Positions 29,364-40,886 of a stretch of 64,000 nt of DNA are shown piece by piece (position 1 is the stretch's first letter; every line of letters starts with the position of its first letter). The stretch lies in contig VRVR01000029.1 of NCBI GenBank assembly GCA_009859145.1, forward strand, positions 124,001 to 188,000. Reading direction: 5' to 3'. The stretch comes from Andalucia godoyi And28. Lineage: Eukaryota; Protista; Jakobida. A model generated the notes under the pieces. The model did no database searches. It was given only the letters and a program-made list of their open reading frames with translations, and was not told the origin of the DNA. The translations under genes were made by a program, and so were the position numbers.

Positions 29364-30875
29364 ATGAATGCGATTTACCGATCCCTGCGAACGTTTTCTG
29401 ATAAGGCTGTAAAGAAAGGAGCTCCATTTCGAAGGCCAATTCCATGGAAGAGTTCCGAGTTCTATGACGAAAGCAAGCTAGATACGGAACTGCGGCGTGT
29501 TTTTGATGTGTGCCATGGCTGTCGGAGATGCTTCAACCTGTGCAATTCATTTCCTCGCCTGTTCGATTTGGTGGATAACTCCAAGACCGCCGAGCTGAAC
29601 TCCGTTCCGTCTTCGGAATTCAAATCTGTTGTGGACGATTGCACGCTGTGTGACATGTGTGCTACAACAAAGTGTCCGTACGTTCCGCCACACGAATTCA
29701 ACATTGACTTTCCGCATTTAATGTTGCGGTACCGGGCTGTTGAGAATAAGACGAGAAATGTGGGTGTTGAGGATGATCTGGAAAATGTTCCTTTGTCCGA
29801 CTCGGCGTATGGTGTGAAAGCCAGCAATATTGCTAGTCATGTGGAGGTCCAAGCGGGCGTGCCTCGTGAGCTGAAGCTCGAGCCTACGTCCTTTGCAGAT
29901 CGCCTTGTCACGTCGACGGACACAAATGGGAACATTGGCAGCAAATTGTCGTGTGTCGCAAATGCTGCTTTGCACAATGACACTGTGAGACGGCTGATGT
30001 CGACTGTGGTGGACGTGCATCATAAAGCCGCAATTCCCCCTTACTCTCCGGTTTCGTTTGTGTCGACGACAGTTCCATCCTCTGTCATCAATGAGAATGC
30101 CCCTGCTTTTGCAGTGGGGAGAAAAGCTGTCCTGTATGCGACGTGTTTGGTGAATTTCAACTATCCGGCTATCGGGCACTCCGCTGTCTCTGTTCTCCAG
30201 CACAATGGTGTTAGTGTTGAAACCTCGTATCCAGGATGCTGCGGAATGCCTCAGTTGGAACAAGGAGATCTGTCTTCCGTCGCGGAAAAGGCTCGCGCCG
30301 TGTGCAACGCGCTTGTTGATTTTGTAGATCGCGGATATCAAGTCATTACGTTGACGCCATCTTGTGGTCTCATGTTCCGCCAGGAGTGGCCTCTTCTTTT
30401 GCCGAACGATCCTCTCGTTTTAAAAGTCTCCAGTTCCACGAAGGATATTTGCGAGTATGTAATGGACATCGCAAAATCTGAGGGCATTGTTCGGCAGAAT
30501 ATGCGACCCCTTACTTCTGGAGTTTCCTTGCATTTTGCATGCCACTCGCGTGCCCAAAACTTTGGCAACAAGGCGCTGGAGATGCTCAAGCTCATCCCGG
30601 AAGCCAAAGTTAATGTCATTGAGAAGTGCTCGGGTCATGGTGGATCGTGGGGTTGTAAGACAAAAAAGTGGGAAACTGCCTTGAAGGTGGGTGCACCGGT
30701 TGCGAAGCGTGTCAGCGCTGCCCTGGCTGCGGGAGAGTCGTTGGTGGCTTCTGAATGTGCTCTGGCAGGGCTGCATATTTCGCAGTCTGTGTCGTTGCAG
30801 CATGATCAGAAAACTGCAAGCGTTCATCCCATTCAGCTGCTAGCTGAATCGTACGGGTTCCAGCACAAAATGTGA
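29364..30875 (+). CDS. GlpC/HdrD-like Fe-S oxidoreductase, rubrerythrin-associated (RFO) type
   Basis: CHGCRRCFNLC and CTLCDMC..KCPYVPPHEFNIDFPHLMLR (4Fe-4S motifs), CCG domains GCCGMP and HFACHSRAQN...CSGHGGSWG. Presequence-like N-terminus MNAIYRSLRTFS. Confidence 0.88.
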   Translation: MNAIYRSLRTFSDKAVKKGAPFRRPIPWKSSEFYDESKLDTELRRVFDVCHGCRRCFNLCNSFPRLFDLVDNSKTAELNSVPSSEFKSVVDDCTLCDMCATTKCPYVPPHEFNIDFPHLMLRYRAVENKTRNVGVEDDLENVPLSDSAYGVKASNIASHVEVQAGVPRELKLEPTSFADRLVTSTDTNGNIGSKLSCVANAALHNDTVRRLMSTVVDVHHKAAIPPYSPVSFVSTTVPSSVINENAPAFAVGRKAVLYATCLVNFNYPAIGHSAVSVLQHNGVSVETSYPGCCGMPQLEQGDLSSVAEKARAVCNALVDFVDRGYQVITLTPSCGLMFRQEWPLLLPNDPLVLKVSSSTKDICEYVMDIAKSEGIVRQNMRPLTSGVSLHFACHSRAQNFGNKALEMLKLIPEAKVNVIEKCSGHGGSWGCKTKKWETALKVGAPVAKRVSAALAAGESLVASECALAGLHISQSVSLQHDQKTASVHPIQLLAESYGFQHKM

Positions 30876-30927
30876 TGATTTCTCTCTTATTCTTCTTCGG
30901 GTTTGTTTTACTTGGATTTGACAACAT

Positions 30928-31568
30928 TTAACTGGATTTCTTCTTCTTCGCTGGCTTTTCTGTCGACGTCGAATCATCATGTCGGATTCGTTTCTCTGTT
31001 TTTTTGCTGTCTTTGGTGTCCTTCTGGGTTCCTGTCCTGGACTTCTTCCTGTCCTTCTTGTCTTTCGTGATCACCGGCTGTGGGTCAGAGGTTGTGGAGG
31101 ATGAAGTGTCCAGCGACCCAATGGGGAAATACCGATAGTATTTCGGAAGCGATGGATCCGGAAAATCATGTCTAGTGTGTTTGTCTTCGACTTCAGGGAC
31201 ATTGACTTTCTTCCTCAGCTGAATACACCTTGAGAATCCTTTCGCAAAACTGTACTTACCTTGATTGGTTTCAGGAAACAGTCCAGCAAGATGAGACACC
31301 ATATCCCTTGGTACTTCGCCGAGGACAAACTGACCTTGGCTGCAAGATAACGTGCCAAAATCGTGCGGTGCAGACGTCAATTGGAAGCCATCCAATTGAG
31401 AAACAACAAACTAATGATGAAGAAAAATCACACACTTTAGTAACGTTCAATACAGAAATTATAAATTCTTCTACGTACATCTTCAGGAACTTGGAACAAT
31501 ATCACATCCACCGTCGACTTCCGTGCGGCATCCGCATGCACAAAAGGCATCTGTTGAACGAGCTGCAT
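30928..31568 (-). CDS. RNA polymerase I A34/PAF49-like protein, 2 exons, 190 aa
   Basis: Exon 1 31568-31479, intron 31478-31411 (GTACGT..TAG, 68 nt), exon 2 31410-30928, in frame. Splicing gives VILFQVPEDFVVSQLDGFQL, which resembles the Rpa34 LWLIxxPxxF motif. Lys-rich C-terminal tail. Confidence 0.5.
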
Positions 31569-31916
31569 GTTTCCTCGAGCCAGTCTGGAGAAATTGAAAA
31601 ACAATATTAGTGACACACTCATAATGCACAAGAATACCTATTGGGGGGTTTCATACACGCTACGAATATCGGACATTGATGTGTGTTGTGTGCAAGAAAC
31701 CTACTCAGTACACTTCGTACTGCAAAAAGGAAAACGAGCTCCCAAAGCAACAAGGCAATGCGACAGAAGAAGAAAGAAAAAAAGGCTGCACTGGTTGGAG
31801 AAGAAAGCAATGGGAAAGAGCGAACGCAAGGCGGTACAGCAGGTAAGCCAATGAGTCCCGGATGCAACAATCGGGAACTCTGAGTAGAGCTGAGGGTCCA
31901 GCGATGCGAACGCGCT

Positions 31917-32507
31917 TCAATCTTTGTCAATCATATGAAATATCTGATTCGTCCAGGAGGAGAGTAGCAGCACATCAACTTCGTTCCACAGTGGGAAGAA
32001 CAGATCAAGGAACGCTCGAACGCATATCATAGCTTCGTCTTTGTCAGATCCCAACAAGACACGGTCCTGCACAAATCGCACGAAAAGATCATAGGACCTA
32101 ATCAACAAAGGAAGAGAATCTTTTTCGAACACACTGGTTCCAGATGGGCTGTACCAGGTTCGGGACACAACAAGTGACAATTCAGATATCATGGCATCGA
32201 CATTTATCAACTGCTGAATGAGTTCAAAACAATCAAGCACCTCGGTGCGAATCGTCTCTGTAATATTCCTCGAAACAAGAAAAGCGAGTGCCGCATTTTT
32301 GGATTTCATGACTTTTTGTCTGATCATCAGTCCTACATAGGAAGAAACAGACAGCCCGGCATTATGCATAGGGCACGATGATGCAGAAATGTAACCTTTC
32401 GTCGCCCGCAATTCCTCGAGAAAGGCCTTCGACCTCCAAAACCCCTCAAATTTTGTGAATCGGACCAAACCCTCAATGGAAACACCAGCTTCAAGATTGC
32501 CTGTCAT
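31917..32507 (-). CDS. Hypothetical helical protein, 196 aa
   Basis: ORF from MTGNLEAG with protein-like composition. No family recognised. Confidence 0.55.
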   Translation of the reverse strand: MTGNLEAGVSIEGLVRFTKFEGFWRSKAFLEELRATKGYISASSCPMHNAGLSVSSYVGLMIRQKVMKSKNAALAFLVSRNITETIRTEVLDCFELIQQLINVDAMISELSLVVSRTWYSPSGTSVFEKDSLPLLIRSYDLFVRFVQDRVLLGSDKDEAMICVRAFLDLFFPLWNEVDVLLLSSWTNQIFHMIDKD

Positions 32508-32804
32508 GACAGCGCAGAACAACAGCGCAACGTGCTCCAACAATGTAAGACGGGGAAATGAAAGGAACAACAACGGAGAAGACGAGACAAACCAGGAAGT
32601 TCTGCACAGAACAGACTTTCGACAGCAACAATGGTGATAAATGTCCGACACACTTTTTTTTCTTTTTGCTCGATCTTTTCTGCGTTTCCAGCGTGCTTCA
32701 CCAAGAGAACGCTATTGATCCATTTCTTTTTATCTCGACATCAGATCAGCCGAACCACGACGCTGTCCGTTAAATAGGAAATTGTTTTTTGAATGGACTG
32801 ATAG

Positions 32805-34976
32805 ATGAAGACTCTTCGCCTCCGATCAGACTCTTTCAGCTGGGAAGCGTCGTGGAATCACTGTCTTAAAATTCACGTTTCCTATCTCTTCGAAAAGCAG
32901 TACTCCAGATTTGACTTCGCTGCAGTTCACAAGTATGCATCTCGTCGAAAAAAACAGTTTTGGAATTGATTGACTCATGCTTTTGGTAGCTGTTTGTTTT
33001 CTTGTTGTCTTCATGGTTTTCAGAAGCAGATTTTCGAGAATATTGGCGCACTCGCAGAATGTGCATTCTCACAAATTTGCAAAGTGGCAGATGTTGCAGG
33101 TTTCGCTCAGAGATGTGCATCTGCTTTAACTCGTCTGCGAGAATTTATTGACGTCCTACCAACTGCAGCACCGTACCTCTTCAAGAATTTGTCCCCTGAG
33201 GCTTTGTTCAGATGCTCCTTTGCCTCGTATCTTGCTGATCGCTGTTTGCAGCATCTGGTGCACTTTAGTGGTAATTTTGATCTGCTTTCCAAGCGCCTAG
33301 TGTTTTCCGTGTTCTCACAGTCTTTGGAGGGGTGCCATACAGTCTCAAGTGTGGTGAACTCGTGCAGATGGCTCCGGACAAAGTTGTCCGCGATGATAGA
33401 AACCTCCTTGCTGGAAGCTTATGGCGATCGGATGTGTGAATATTGGAGAGAACAAACATTTGTTGTCGGCAGCTTGGATGACCTGTACACCCATGTCGAT
33501 CGAGTTATCCGTTTTTGCGATACTGAACATGCTCGATTCCAGATTGTGTTTCCAGATACAGACTGGACTGTTCTCCGAAACAGGCTTCGTGAAGTCCTTG
33601 TTTCTGGGACCGTTGAAGTCATGGTATCTTCTTCCCTTCTGCTTTCTTTTGTTCAGTCTCCTTCTCCATTGGTGTCACAGTTCTTCAGTATTCTTCCAGA
33701 AGGAGGTTCCCGTCGTTTTCGAGAGTTCCTTCAATCTCACTTGGAGAACAGCTTTCTTGGATGTTCTGTTGATCAGATCATCAAGGTTTGCGCACCATTT
33801 TCGTGGGTTTTACATGAGAACAATATCCGAGAACCCTTATCCCAGGCGATGCAACAGTTCTTGAAAGTGAATGGTTCTGTTGTTGCCAGAGATATTGCAC
33901 TCTATTTGCACGAAACAATCAAACGTGCGCAGAAGGACGCCTCGGCGAAAAGCGAAGCGTTAATTGATGTCGTCCTATTCTGCGTCAAGCATCTAGAGAA
34001 TCGGGATGTATTCATTTTTGTACACTCCATGCTGTTCAGTAGACGCCTGCTTGGTGGTTCATACGATGCCGAACTTGAGCAGTCTCTTATCTCGCGAGTC
34101 GCGCTGGAGGTAGGCGTGTTTAATGCGCGAAAGTTGAGGTGGTTCTGGGACGACTGGACTTCTGCCCTGGAGATTGAAAAGGAATTTCACGTGCAAGCTG
34201 GGAATAATCCGTTTTCTTGCAAGTGTTTGCGAAGTGAGCTTTGGAATGTAGAAGCTTCTTCCCACCTTCCGGCGGTTCTCCAAGTGGAAGGTGCTGTTGA
34301 AGCATGTGAACGGTTCTCTCAATGGTTCAGCCAGCGATCAGGTGAGTCAAAAAAAGTTGCTTTTGTATGGTCTGTAGGACAAGCACTCTTGACTTACAGC
34401 GTTCGATCCATGGAGTATCAGTTGTCATGCACTTCCCTTCAGGCACTGGTTTTACTCCAATTCAATGATGTTTCTGCAGTCTGCTTCGAAGATCTCTGCG
34501 AAACGGTCGGCTGCAAGAGTTCGAGCGCAAAAAAATTGCTGAAAAAGGTTCTTCGCAGTCTTTGCGTCGGTCCTTCAACAGGCGCAACTGGCATTCTGGT
34601 TTCAGTCGAAAATGGACAGGGGATTCTTCATTACTCGCTGAATGCACATTTTCACTCAAAATACCGGAAACTTCGATTTCCAATTCCTGAAGACTCGGTT
34701 GTGGCAGAAATGAAAGTGTTTGATGTGATGAAGCAGACGGAATTCAGTCCAATTGACGTGGAACGCAAAATGCTTGTGGAGAGCACGATCGTGAAAGTTG
34801 TAAAGTCGCGCAAACGCTGCACAACAGCGGAACTGCAGCACGAAGTTCAAAGGATCCTACGAGATCGGTTTGCAGTAGCAAACAGAATGCTCAAGGTTGC
34901 CATCGAGAATTTGATTTCGCGCGACTATGTGTGCCGATCTTCAGAAAATGCAGGAGTGTTGCTGTACATTGCTTAA
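32805..34976 (+). CDS. Divergent cullin, 2 exons, 704 aa
   Basis: Exon 1 32805-32932 (MKTLRLRSDSFSWEASWN..), intron 32933-32989 (GTATGC..TAG, 57 nt), exon 2 to 34976. Cullin motifs NRDVFIFVHSMLFSRRLL and LQALVLLQFN, and the Nedd8 domain ERKMLVESTIVKVVKSRK...KVAIENLISRDYVCR. Confidence 0.85.
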
Positions 34977-37368
34977 ACCAGTGCAAAGATTACTTCTCAT
35001 TACGACCAGATTCAAATGAACGAACCGAGATTTTCCGCAGTGTCGAAGAGTCGGAACGCCAAGTCCTTGCAAAAGAAACACTTCCTCATCGTGGAATATG
35101 CATACATCCAACTCGGAAAGACTGCTCGTGGGTATCAAAAACCTGAGCGAAAAACACGGTGGAAGAACCTCTCCCCGGTTCCATTCGAAAACGATCAATA
35201 ACCATTCCAAAAAAAGGACAACCGAGAACGGCGATAAAACATGTGCTGCTCGTCAGCGTATAGAAAGACCAAATATCAATGATGACCATCACACGAGTCA
35301 TCCGTGAGGTGAGTAATTGGAGACGTGACCCGGTTACAGACTCGCTGCGATTCCGCTGGAACTCAAAAATGACAAAAAATCCTTGAAATTTTATTTTTCT
35401 GGTTCTTTTGGGCGTCAAAAACTCGGCGGTGCAAATGATGCATTCCGAGAAAACCCTACTGACTTGGCTGCGTATAAAGCAGCTACTCGTTGGCGGGCGC
35501 CCGAAATTCCCAGGAAAGGACACGATGTAGAGATAGCAACTGCAATGACACCAGAAGTATACGAAAATGATAAACGACACTATTAGAACGAACACGTATC
35601 AATGATTGAAAGCGAGTTGTTGATTCAGCAGAAAGATGTTAAAGCCGATCACTGTTAGTCGCGCGGAAAATGCCAAAGTAGCCTCAAGGAGGAGAACGGC
35701 TCGCTGAATGCAGAGACGTTTCATTTTAAGAGAAAAGCACCACGATGTCTTGCAGCAGTCAATAACGCAAAAAGGCGACAGAAAGGACGGATACCAAAAT
35801 CATACGCCAAATGATGATAACAGACTGTGAATGAAATTAAAAACCACACCATCGTCAATACCATCATATTTTTTTGGGAGGACACTCAGAATGAAATGAT
35901 AAACGGAACAGGAGACGGTATTCTGCGGTTAATATGTACCTGTTTCCAGAGCCCCCCCTTTCTCGAATAATGTCACATAAGGAATGTGCTTCTGCTGATC
36001 ACTGCACTTGACAAAATAGATCGAAGTGCATTTCTTTACGCTCCCTATGCCCAACTGACAATCGTTCTTTTAATTGTTCGTCACGTAACGTTTTTGATTC
36101 GACGAGTTCACACAACCAGTTTCTTATCAGCCTGTGTCTGCACACCGAGCCTTGAATGTTCTTGTTCGTTCCGATGGTAGCTGATTGGATAATGATGAAT
36201 TTCTCGACGCTACCGAGGGCAACTAGCATGCATTCTGACAAGCGCTCACTGTGACTGCAGTTTCCTTTTATCCTCCTCGTCCCCGAACTCTTTGGCCTTC
36301 CGTACCGTTGTTCGCTGGAGTTTTTCTCTATCATTTTGATGTTACTTTGCATCGCTTGTCATTCGCACCATCGTCTTCTGCGCTGCTTCTGATTCAACAT
36401 CTTGACGCGCTGTTATGCGAATTACTGCAGGAAGCATCCAGCGACTGTCTTTTTTAAATTACTTTTTTTGCCCGAAGGCTTCCTTTTGGGTTTCGTCATT
36501 TGCAGCATGTTGCTTTCGGCAGCATACACCCTGCTGTTTGCGTTTGTGACATCTACCGTTTTCTGTTCTGGGAATTGTCTGTGCTGCCTTTCGCAGGCGT
36601 CTTGCACCTGTATTGTTTTTGCATTACGGTTTGCTCGTTTGGTGTTATAAAAGCTGCAGCGAGAGTGAATTTTTTCTTCTGACGCTGTGAATTTGCCGTG
36701 TTGAGAAACTGCAACGTTGTTTCGCTGTTTTCCGCGGCGCCTGTATTCTCTTTCTTGGTTCGTTTCTCATTCATGATTTTCCGGTTTCTTCTTGTGACAC
36801 GTTGTCCATTTTAATAAACGCGCGTTCCTGAATTTGCGCAACTGAGCTGTGATAAATGCATGCGGATACTGCAGCGTTGCCATTGATGATTTCGCTGGGG
36901 TTGGTGAAGTAAGATGAGGTAGATGTTCACGATTACCTATCTTAGAATCAACTCTCAACAGTAAAATGGCTCAGTATGAAAGCATGGTCGCCAAGTAATC
37001 AACCTTCTGACTGCAGCAGGAAGCTGTCGCGAATTACCAGTTTTGCATCACAGAAGAGACGGTTACAACACTAGAGTCCAACGCCTTCCTCACTGGCATC
37101 CGCGATCCATGTTTCGGACTCACCTCCAATTCCTTTTTCCAAAGACCCGGTTGTCTTTCAATCAAAAACACACGACGCTTGGGATTTATCCAATCACAGA
37201 ATTCAGATATCGGGTAGAATAACTCTTCAGAAAGCTGCCTCCGCCTCGTGTTTTCTGGGGCAGCTGCTCAAGACTTCGACTGTAAAAAGGCCAAATTTCT
37301 TGAAATTTGTGAATGTTTTGCAGGGATTTTTCCCCCCGAGTGTCTTTTTCTCTCTCTCCCGAATCGCA

Positions 37369-38529
37369 ATGCTTCGCATAGCAACGTGGAATGTGAATGG
37401 CATTCGTGCTGTTTGGAAAAAAGAGGACATGCCGGGCTTCATGTCCCAGTTTGACATCGTTTGTTTTCAAGAGACGAAGTTGTCGGGTGTGGGCGACATT
37501 GATTCATCGATTGCAGAAGTAGTGTCAGTTCCGTCAGAAGGTGCTTCCGCAGGTGCACGGCTGCCATTTTCCCTCCGTCCGTTTCAGTCGTATTGGGGTA
37601 TTTGCGAAACTCGAAAGGGGTATTCTGGTGTTGTGACGTACACGCGTCTAACTCCGATTCGTGTTTATTTCAAGCTCTCCGAGAAGGGCATGGATGCGCA
37701 TCGGTCTTGTCAATCTGATGAAGATTTTGATAATGAAGGGCGTTGCGTAATTTTAGATTTTGGGCCCTTTGTTGTGATCAATGTGTACGTCCCAAATCCG
37801 GGTCAAGGACCACACAGAGCCGATGTGAAGAGACGGTTTTTGATGTCTTTAGCAGATCGGATCTGTGAATTTCGTCTCCTGCGCAAGCGTGTCATTCTTG
37901 TCGGAGACATTAACACGGCGCATCTTCCTTGTGATGTTCACAACGGCCGGCAAATGATCACAGACAAATCCGATATCTCTTGTGGTGGGTTCACCCCCGA
38001 GGAAAGGAGTTGGATGAGTGTTTTTTTGACGCAATGCGATTTGATTGATTGTTTTCGCCATTTCTTCCCAGCCGACTTGAGCCTTGACGTGCATACAAAT
38101 TGCTTTACGTTCTGGGATATGTACCGCCAGTATCGACCTGTGAACAAAGGGTGGAGGATTGATTATATCATCGTGTCGGCTGATCTAGAAAAGCACTTGC
38201 GAGCCGCAGGGCACATGACAAATCAATTTGGATCAGATCATTGCCCCGTTTTTATAGAGCTAGAACTGCCAGAGGATCTGAAGAAAGAATTGGAAAGAAA
38301 TGAAGTCTTGCAACCCTTGAAAGAGTGCGCTTGCTGGTTTCCCCATGTTTACACAACATTGGGCAGTTCAAAGCGAAAATCCATTTCCCAGTGGTTTGCG
38401 AAACCAACGAGCAGCGACACCCCCCCTAAAGGAAACGACGTTTCAAACGATTCATCAATAGTTGCGTCGAATCGGAAACGCGCACCAGAGCCTCTTACGC
38501 TTGACAAAATGTGGAAGAAGGCCAAATAA
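37369..38529 (+). CDS. ExoIII-family AP endonuclease, APE2-like, 386 aa
   Basis: IATWNVNGIR, FQETK, GYSGV, NEGR, NVYVPN, VGDINTAH, FTFW, GWRIDY, GSDHCPV. PIP-like KSISQWF in the C-terminal tail. Confidence 0.92.
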   Translation: MLRIATWNVNGIRAVWKKEDMPGFMSQFDIVCFQETKLSGVGDIDSSIAEVVSVPSEGASAGARLPFSLRPFQSYWGICETRKGYSGVVTYTRLTPIRVYFKLSEKGMDAHRSCQSDEDFDNEGRCVILDFGPFVVINVYVPNPGQGPHRADVKRRFLMSLADRICEFRLLRKRVILVGDINTAHLPCDVHNGRQMITDKSDISCGGFTPEERSWMSVFLTQCDLIDCFRHFFPADLSLDVHTNCFTFWDMYRQYRPVNKGWRIDYIIVSADLEKHLRAAGHMTNQFGSDHCPVFIELELPEDLKKELERNEVLQPLKECACWFPHVYTTLGSSKRKSISQWFAKPTSSDTPPKGNDVSNDSSIVASNRKRAPEPLTLDKMWKKAK

Positions 38530-38542
38530 TTGTGATCACGCT

Positions 38543-40642
38543 TCACTTCCCCGTACCGTTTTGACCTCGGACGATTCGGGAGATCTCACCGATACAAAGA
38601 ACCATGGCGCGTTTTGTGTCATCATCTCCTTCGTGTTCAAAACTTGTTTGAAAAATGGAGATCATTTCTTGGGGACTGTGATTCGCATCCGATGCAAAAG
38701 GATTACGGTCTGCTTTGAGCGCAGCGAATAAGAGAATGTACGTGCCCGACCGGACTTGCGGAGACGGGTGCAACAAAAGGTCCGCTGTCAAACACATCGT
38801 CCGACATCTCTGTACCATTTCCGTTATGTCTGGCTGGTTGGAACTAGCCCGGACACACTTTGCTAGCACTCTCAGTTGGAGGGCCAGTATTGCAGAATCA
38901 TCGCCTTGACAGGAAATTATGGATAATTCCCAAAAGATCAACACAGCACTGTGAATCGCTTTTGGTTTCAAAATAACACTCTGGTTCTCAAATTCTCTTG
39001 TGAAGTGTGAAACTGCATTCCATCCTGGATCTTTCAAAGCTGCAACGGAGGAGGTACTGTCGCGAAGTGACGCGGGGTTGTGATCCAGGAAATCTGAAAG
39101 ACACAGTAGAATGAGTTCTCGATCCGCCAATACAAGGGATTGGCTGCCTTCCCTTAGTCTACCACAGATGAACGTTACAGTGTGTTCCGTGTCTTGTTTG
39201 AGCAGTTCTGTGATGGATCTTCGACGCAGATCGTCAAAACCACGTACACCGGAGACATTTTCAAGAATCAACAACAAACCACAGCATTCAACAGAATGGA
39301 AGCGTAAATCTACTGGATTTTTTCGGACAACTGCGGGTAACTCTGTCAAAATTACTTCCCAATCGACAAACTTGTCCTTGTTTCGTAGAATTTCAATCAC
39401 TTCTCGAAGAGAGTTGGGAAGGACCGCTTTTGACTCCTCCGTTAACTCAAATACTTCGAATTCACTCTCAAGCAATGGAGATGCCTGATTGGCAAGCTGT
39501 ACTGTACTCGAAGGTAATGCGTGAGACAGCTCAAGTCGGGATAGAGAGTCTTCGACATCGAAATATTCCGCATCTGGCGAATATGGGTCGGCTTCGGAGC
39601 CAGAAGGATGGTTCAGCTCCGTCGACGCTTCTGCTGTTGAAAATTCGGATGAATGCACTTCCGCACCAACAATGTTCAAAATACGTGCATACCGAGCGGT
39701 CTCAGCAGTGAACACAGATATACCTTCGAAAATTTGCTTTTTCGCTGGATCAAGTGAGCGCCCAATGTCCTCGGCAATCAAAATCGCAGAGCAGCGAAGC
39801 AGATCCGATGTGGACGACATTCTGGTGGAAATGGCGTCGAAACATGCAGTCAGAGACAAGGAGCCTTCCATGATGTTCATGCGCAGTTCTGCAAGCTTAC
39901 AAAGCACTGCATGCAGCTGGAAGGTCAATATGAGATGATGGTCTGGGGATGCGCGGCGAATAAATTCCGCAGAGCTCCACTCGGATGCAATCACACGACA
40001 CCAATGGCAGATTCCGTCCGGTAGTGCTAACCTGAGAAAAAGCACAAGCATCAAAAGTCGATTTTCAAAGTCCAAGCCCCGGGTGCTCAGGCAAAATGTA
40101 TCCAAACACAGATCCGGTCCCTGGCTAATAAAGGCAGTCATCAAAACTTGCCAAGTCGTCGACTGCAAATATCGATTGCACGTAAAAAGTTGAATCAGCA
40201 GTGTGGGAGCATTTGGATGGCGACACGCTGACGCAACAAACATTTGTAGCGTCTGCGGCTTATCAGACAGGCACTTGGACATAAACAGCAACAAGCATTC
40301 CCCATAGCCACGCGAAATCACATGATAAATAAATTCATCCGTAACATCAGGAAATGCTTCGTCTTCTTTAAAGCGTAGCAACATAGAAAACGAAGCAAAA
40401 AAGAAATTTTCGGGTGCCAGAAACGGGGGAATACCGAGCTTCTTACCGAAAATCCTGCTGATGCGGTCCGGTATTGACGATAAGAACGAAGGATCGACAG
40501 ATAAGTCAAGGATCTCGAGAGATTGTTTCAGCCGAGAAACGCACTCTTGCACCACACAGTCACATGTCTGGTCTCCGATACGCAATTCAGGGGAAGACAG
40601 ACGTTGAAATACATCAAGAATAGCCTTCCAACTCTGATTCAT
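38543..40642 (-). CDS. TEL2: TEL2/TELO2 (TTT complex), 699 aa
   Basis: Helical-repeat composition, an acidic linker (SPDAEYFDVED), and the Tel2 domain PNSLREVIEIL...LPAVVRK...LLLILEN...FDDLRRRSITELL. Confidence 0.75.
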   Translation of the reverse strand: MNQSWKAILDVFQRLSSPELRIGDQTCDCVVQECVSRLKQSLEILDLSVDPSFLSSIPDRISRIFGKKLGIPPFLAPENFFFASFSMLLRFKEDEAFPDVTDEFIYHVISRGYGECLLLFMSKCLSDKPQTLQMFVASACRHPNAPTLLIQLFTCNRYLQSTTWQVLMTAFISQGPDLCLDTFCLSTRGLDFENRLLMLVLFLRLALPDGICHWCRVIASEWSSAEFIRRASPDHHLILTFQLHAVLCKLAELRMNIMEGSLSLTACFDAISTRMSSTSDLLRCSAILIAEDIGRSLDPAKKQIFEGISVFTAETARYARILNIVGAEVHSSEFSTAEASTELNHPSGSEADPYSPDAEYFDVEDSLSRLELSHALPSSTVQLANQASPLLESEFEVFELTEESKAVLPNSLREVIEILRNKDKFVDWEVILTELPAVVRKNPVDLRFHSVECCGLLLILENVSGVRGFDDLRRRSITELLKQDTEHTVTFICGRLREGSQSLVLADRELILLCLSDFLDHNPASLRDSTSSVAALKDPGWNAVSHFTREFENQSVILKPKAIHSAVLIFWELSIISCQGDDSAILALQLRVLAKCVRASSNQPDITEMVQRCRTMCLTADLLLHPSPQVRSGTYILLFAALKADRNPFASDANHSPQEMISIFQTSFEHEGDDDTKRAMVLCIGEISRIVRGQNGTGK

Positions 40643-40802
40643 GTTGCATGGAAAGCCCTTGTGCTATCCCCGTTTATCGAATCTCTCAGATGCGGTGGTT
40701 GAAACAACACCAGCAACATGCTTCCCTTTTCTTCTTTCAATGAGGTGTTGCAGCGATATTTTTAACCTAGGTAACAGTGATCGCGGACACTTTTTGCAAG
40801 TC

Positions 40803-40875
40803 GGTCCGTTAGCTCAGTTGGTAGAGCGTCGCTCTGATAAGGCGAAGGTCGTGGGTTCGATCCCCATGCGGACCA
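40803..40875 (+). tRNA. tRNA-Ile, anticodon GAT
   Basis: 73-nt cloverleaf: acceptor GGTCCGT/GCGGACC plus discriminator A, D arm GCTC/GAGC, anticodon arm TCGCT-CTGATAA-GGCGA (GAT at 40836-38), T arm GTGGG-TTCGATC-CCCAT. A and B boxes intact, no encoded CCA. Confidence 0.93.
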
Positions 40876-40886
40876 CTGTCCAAATC

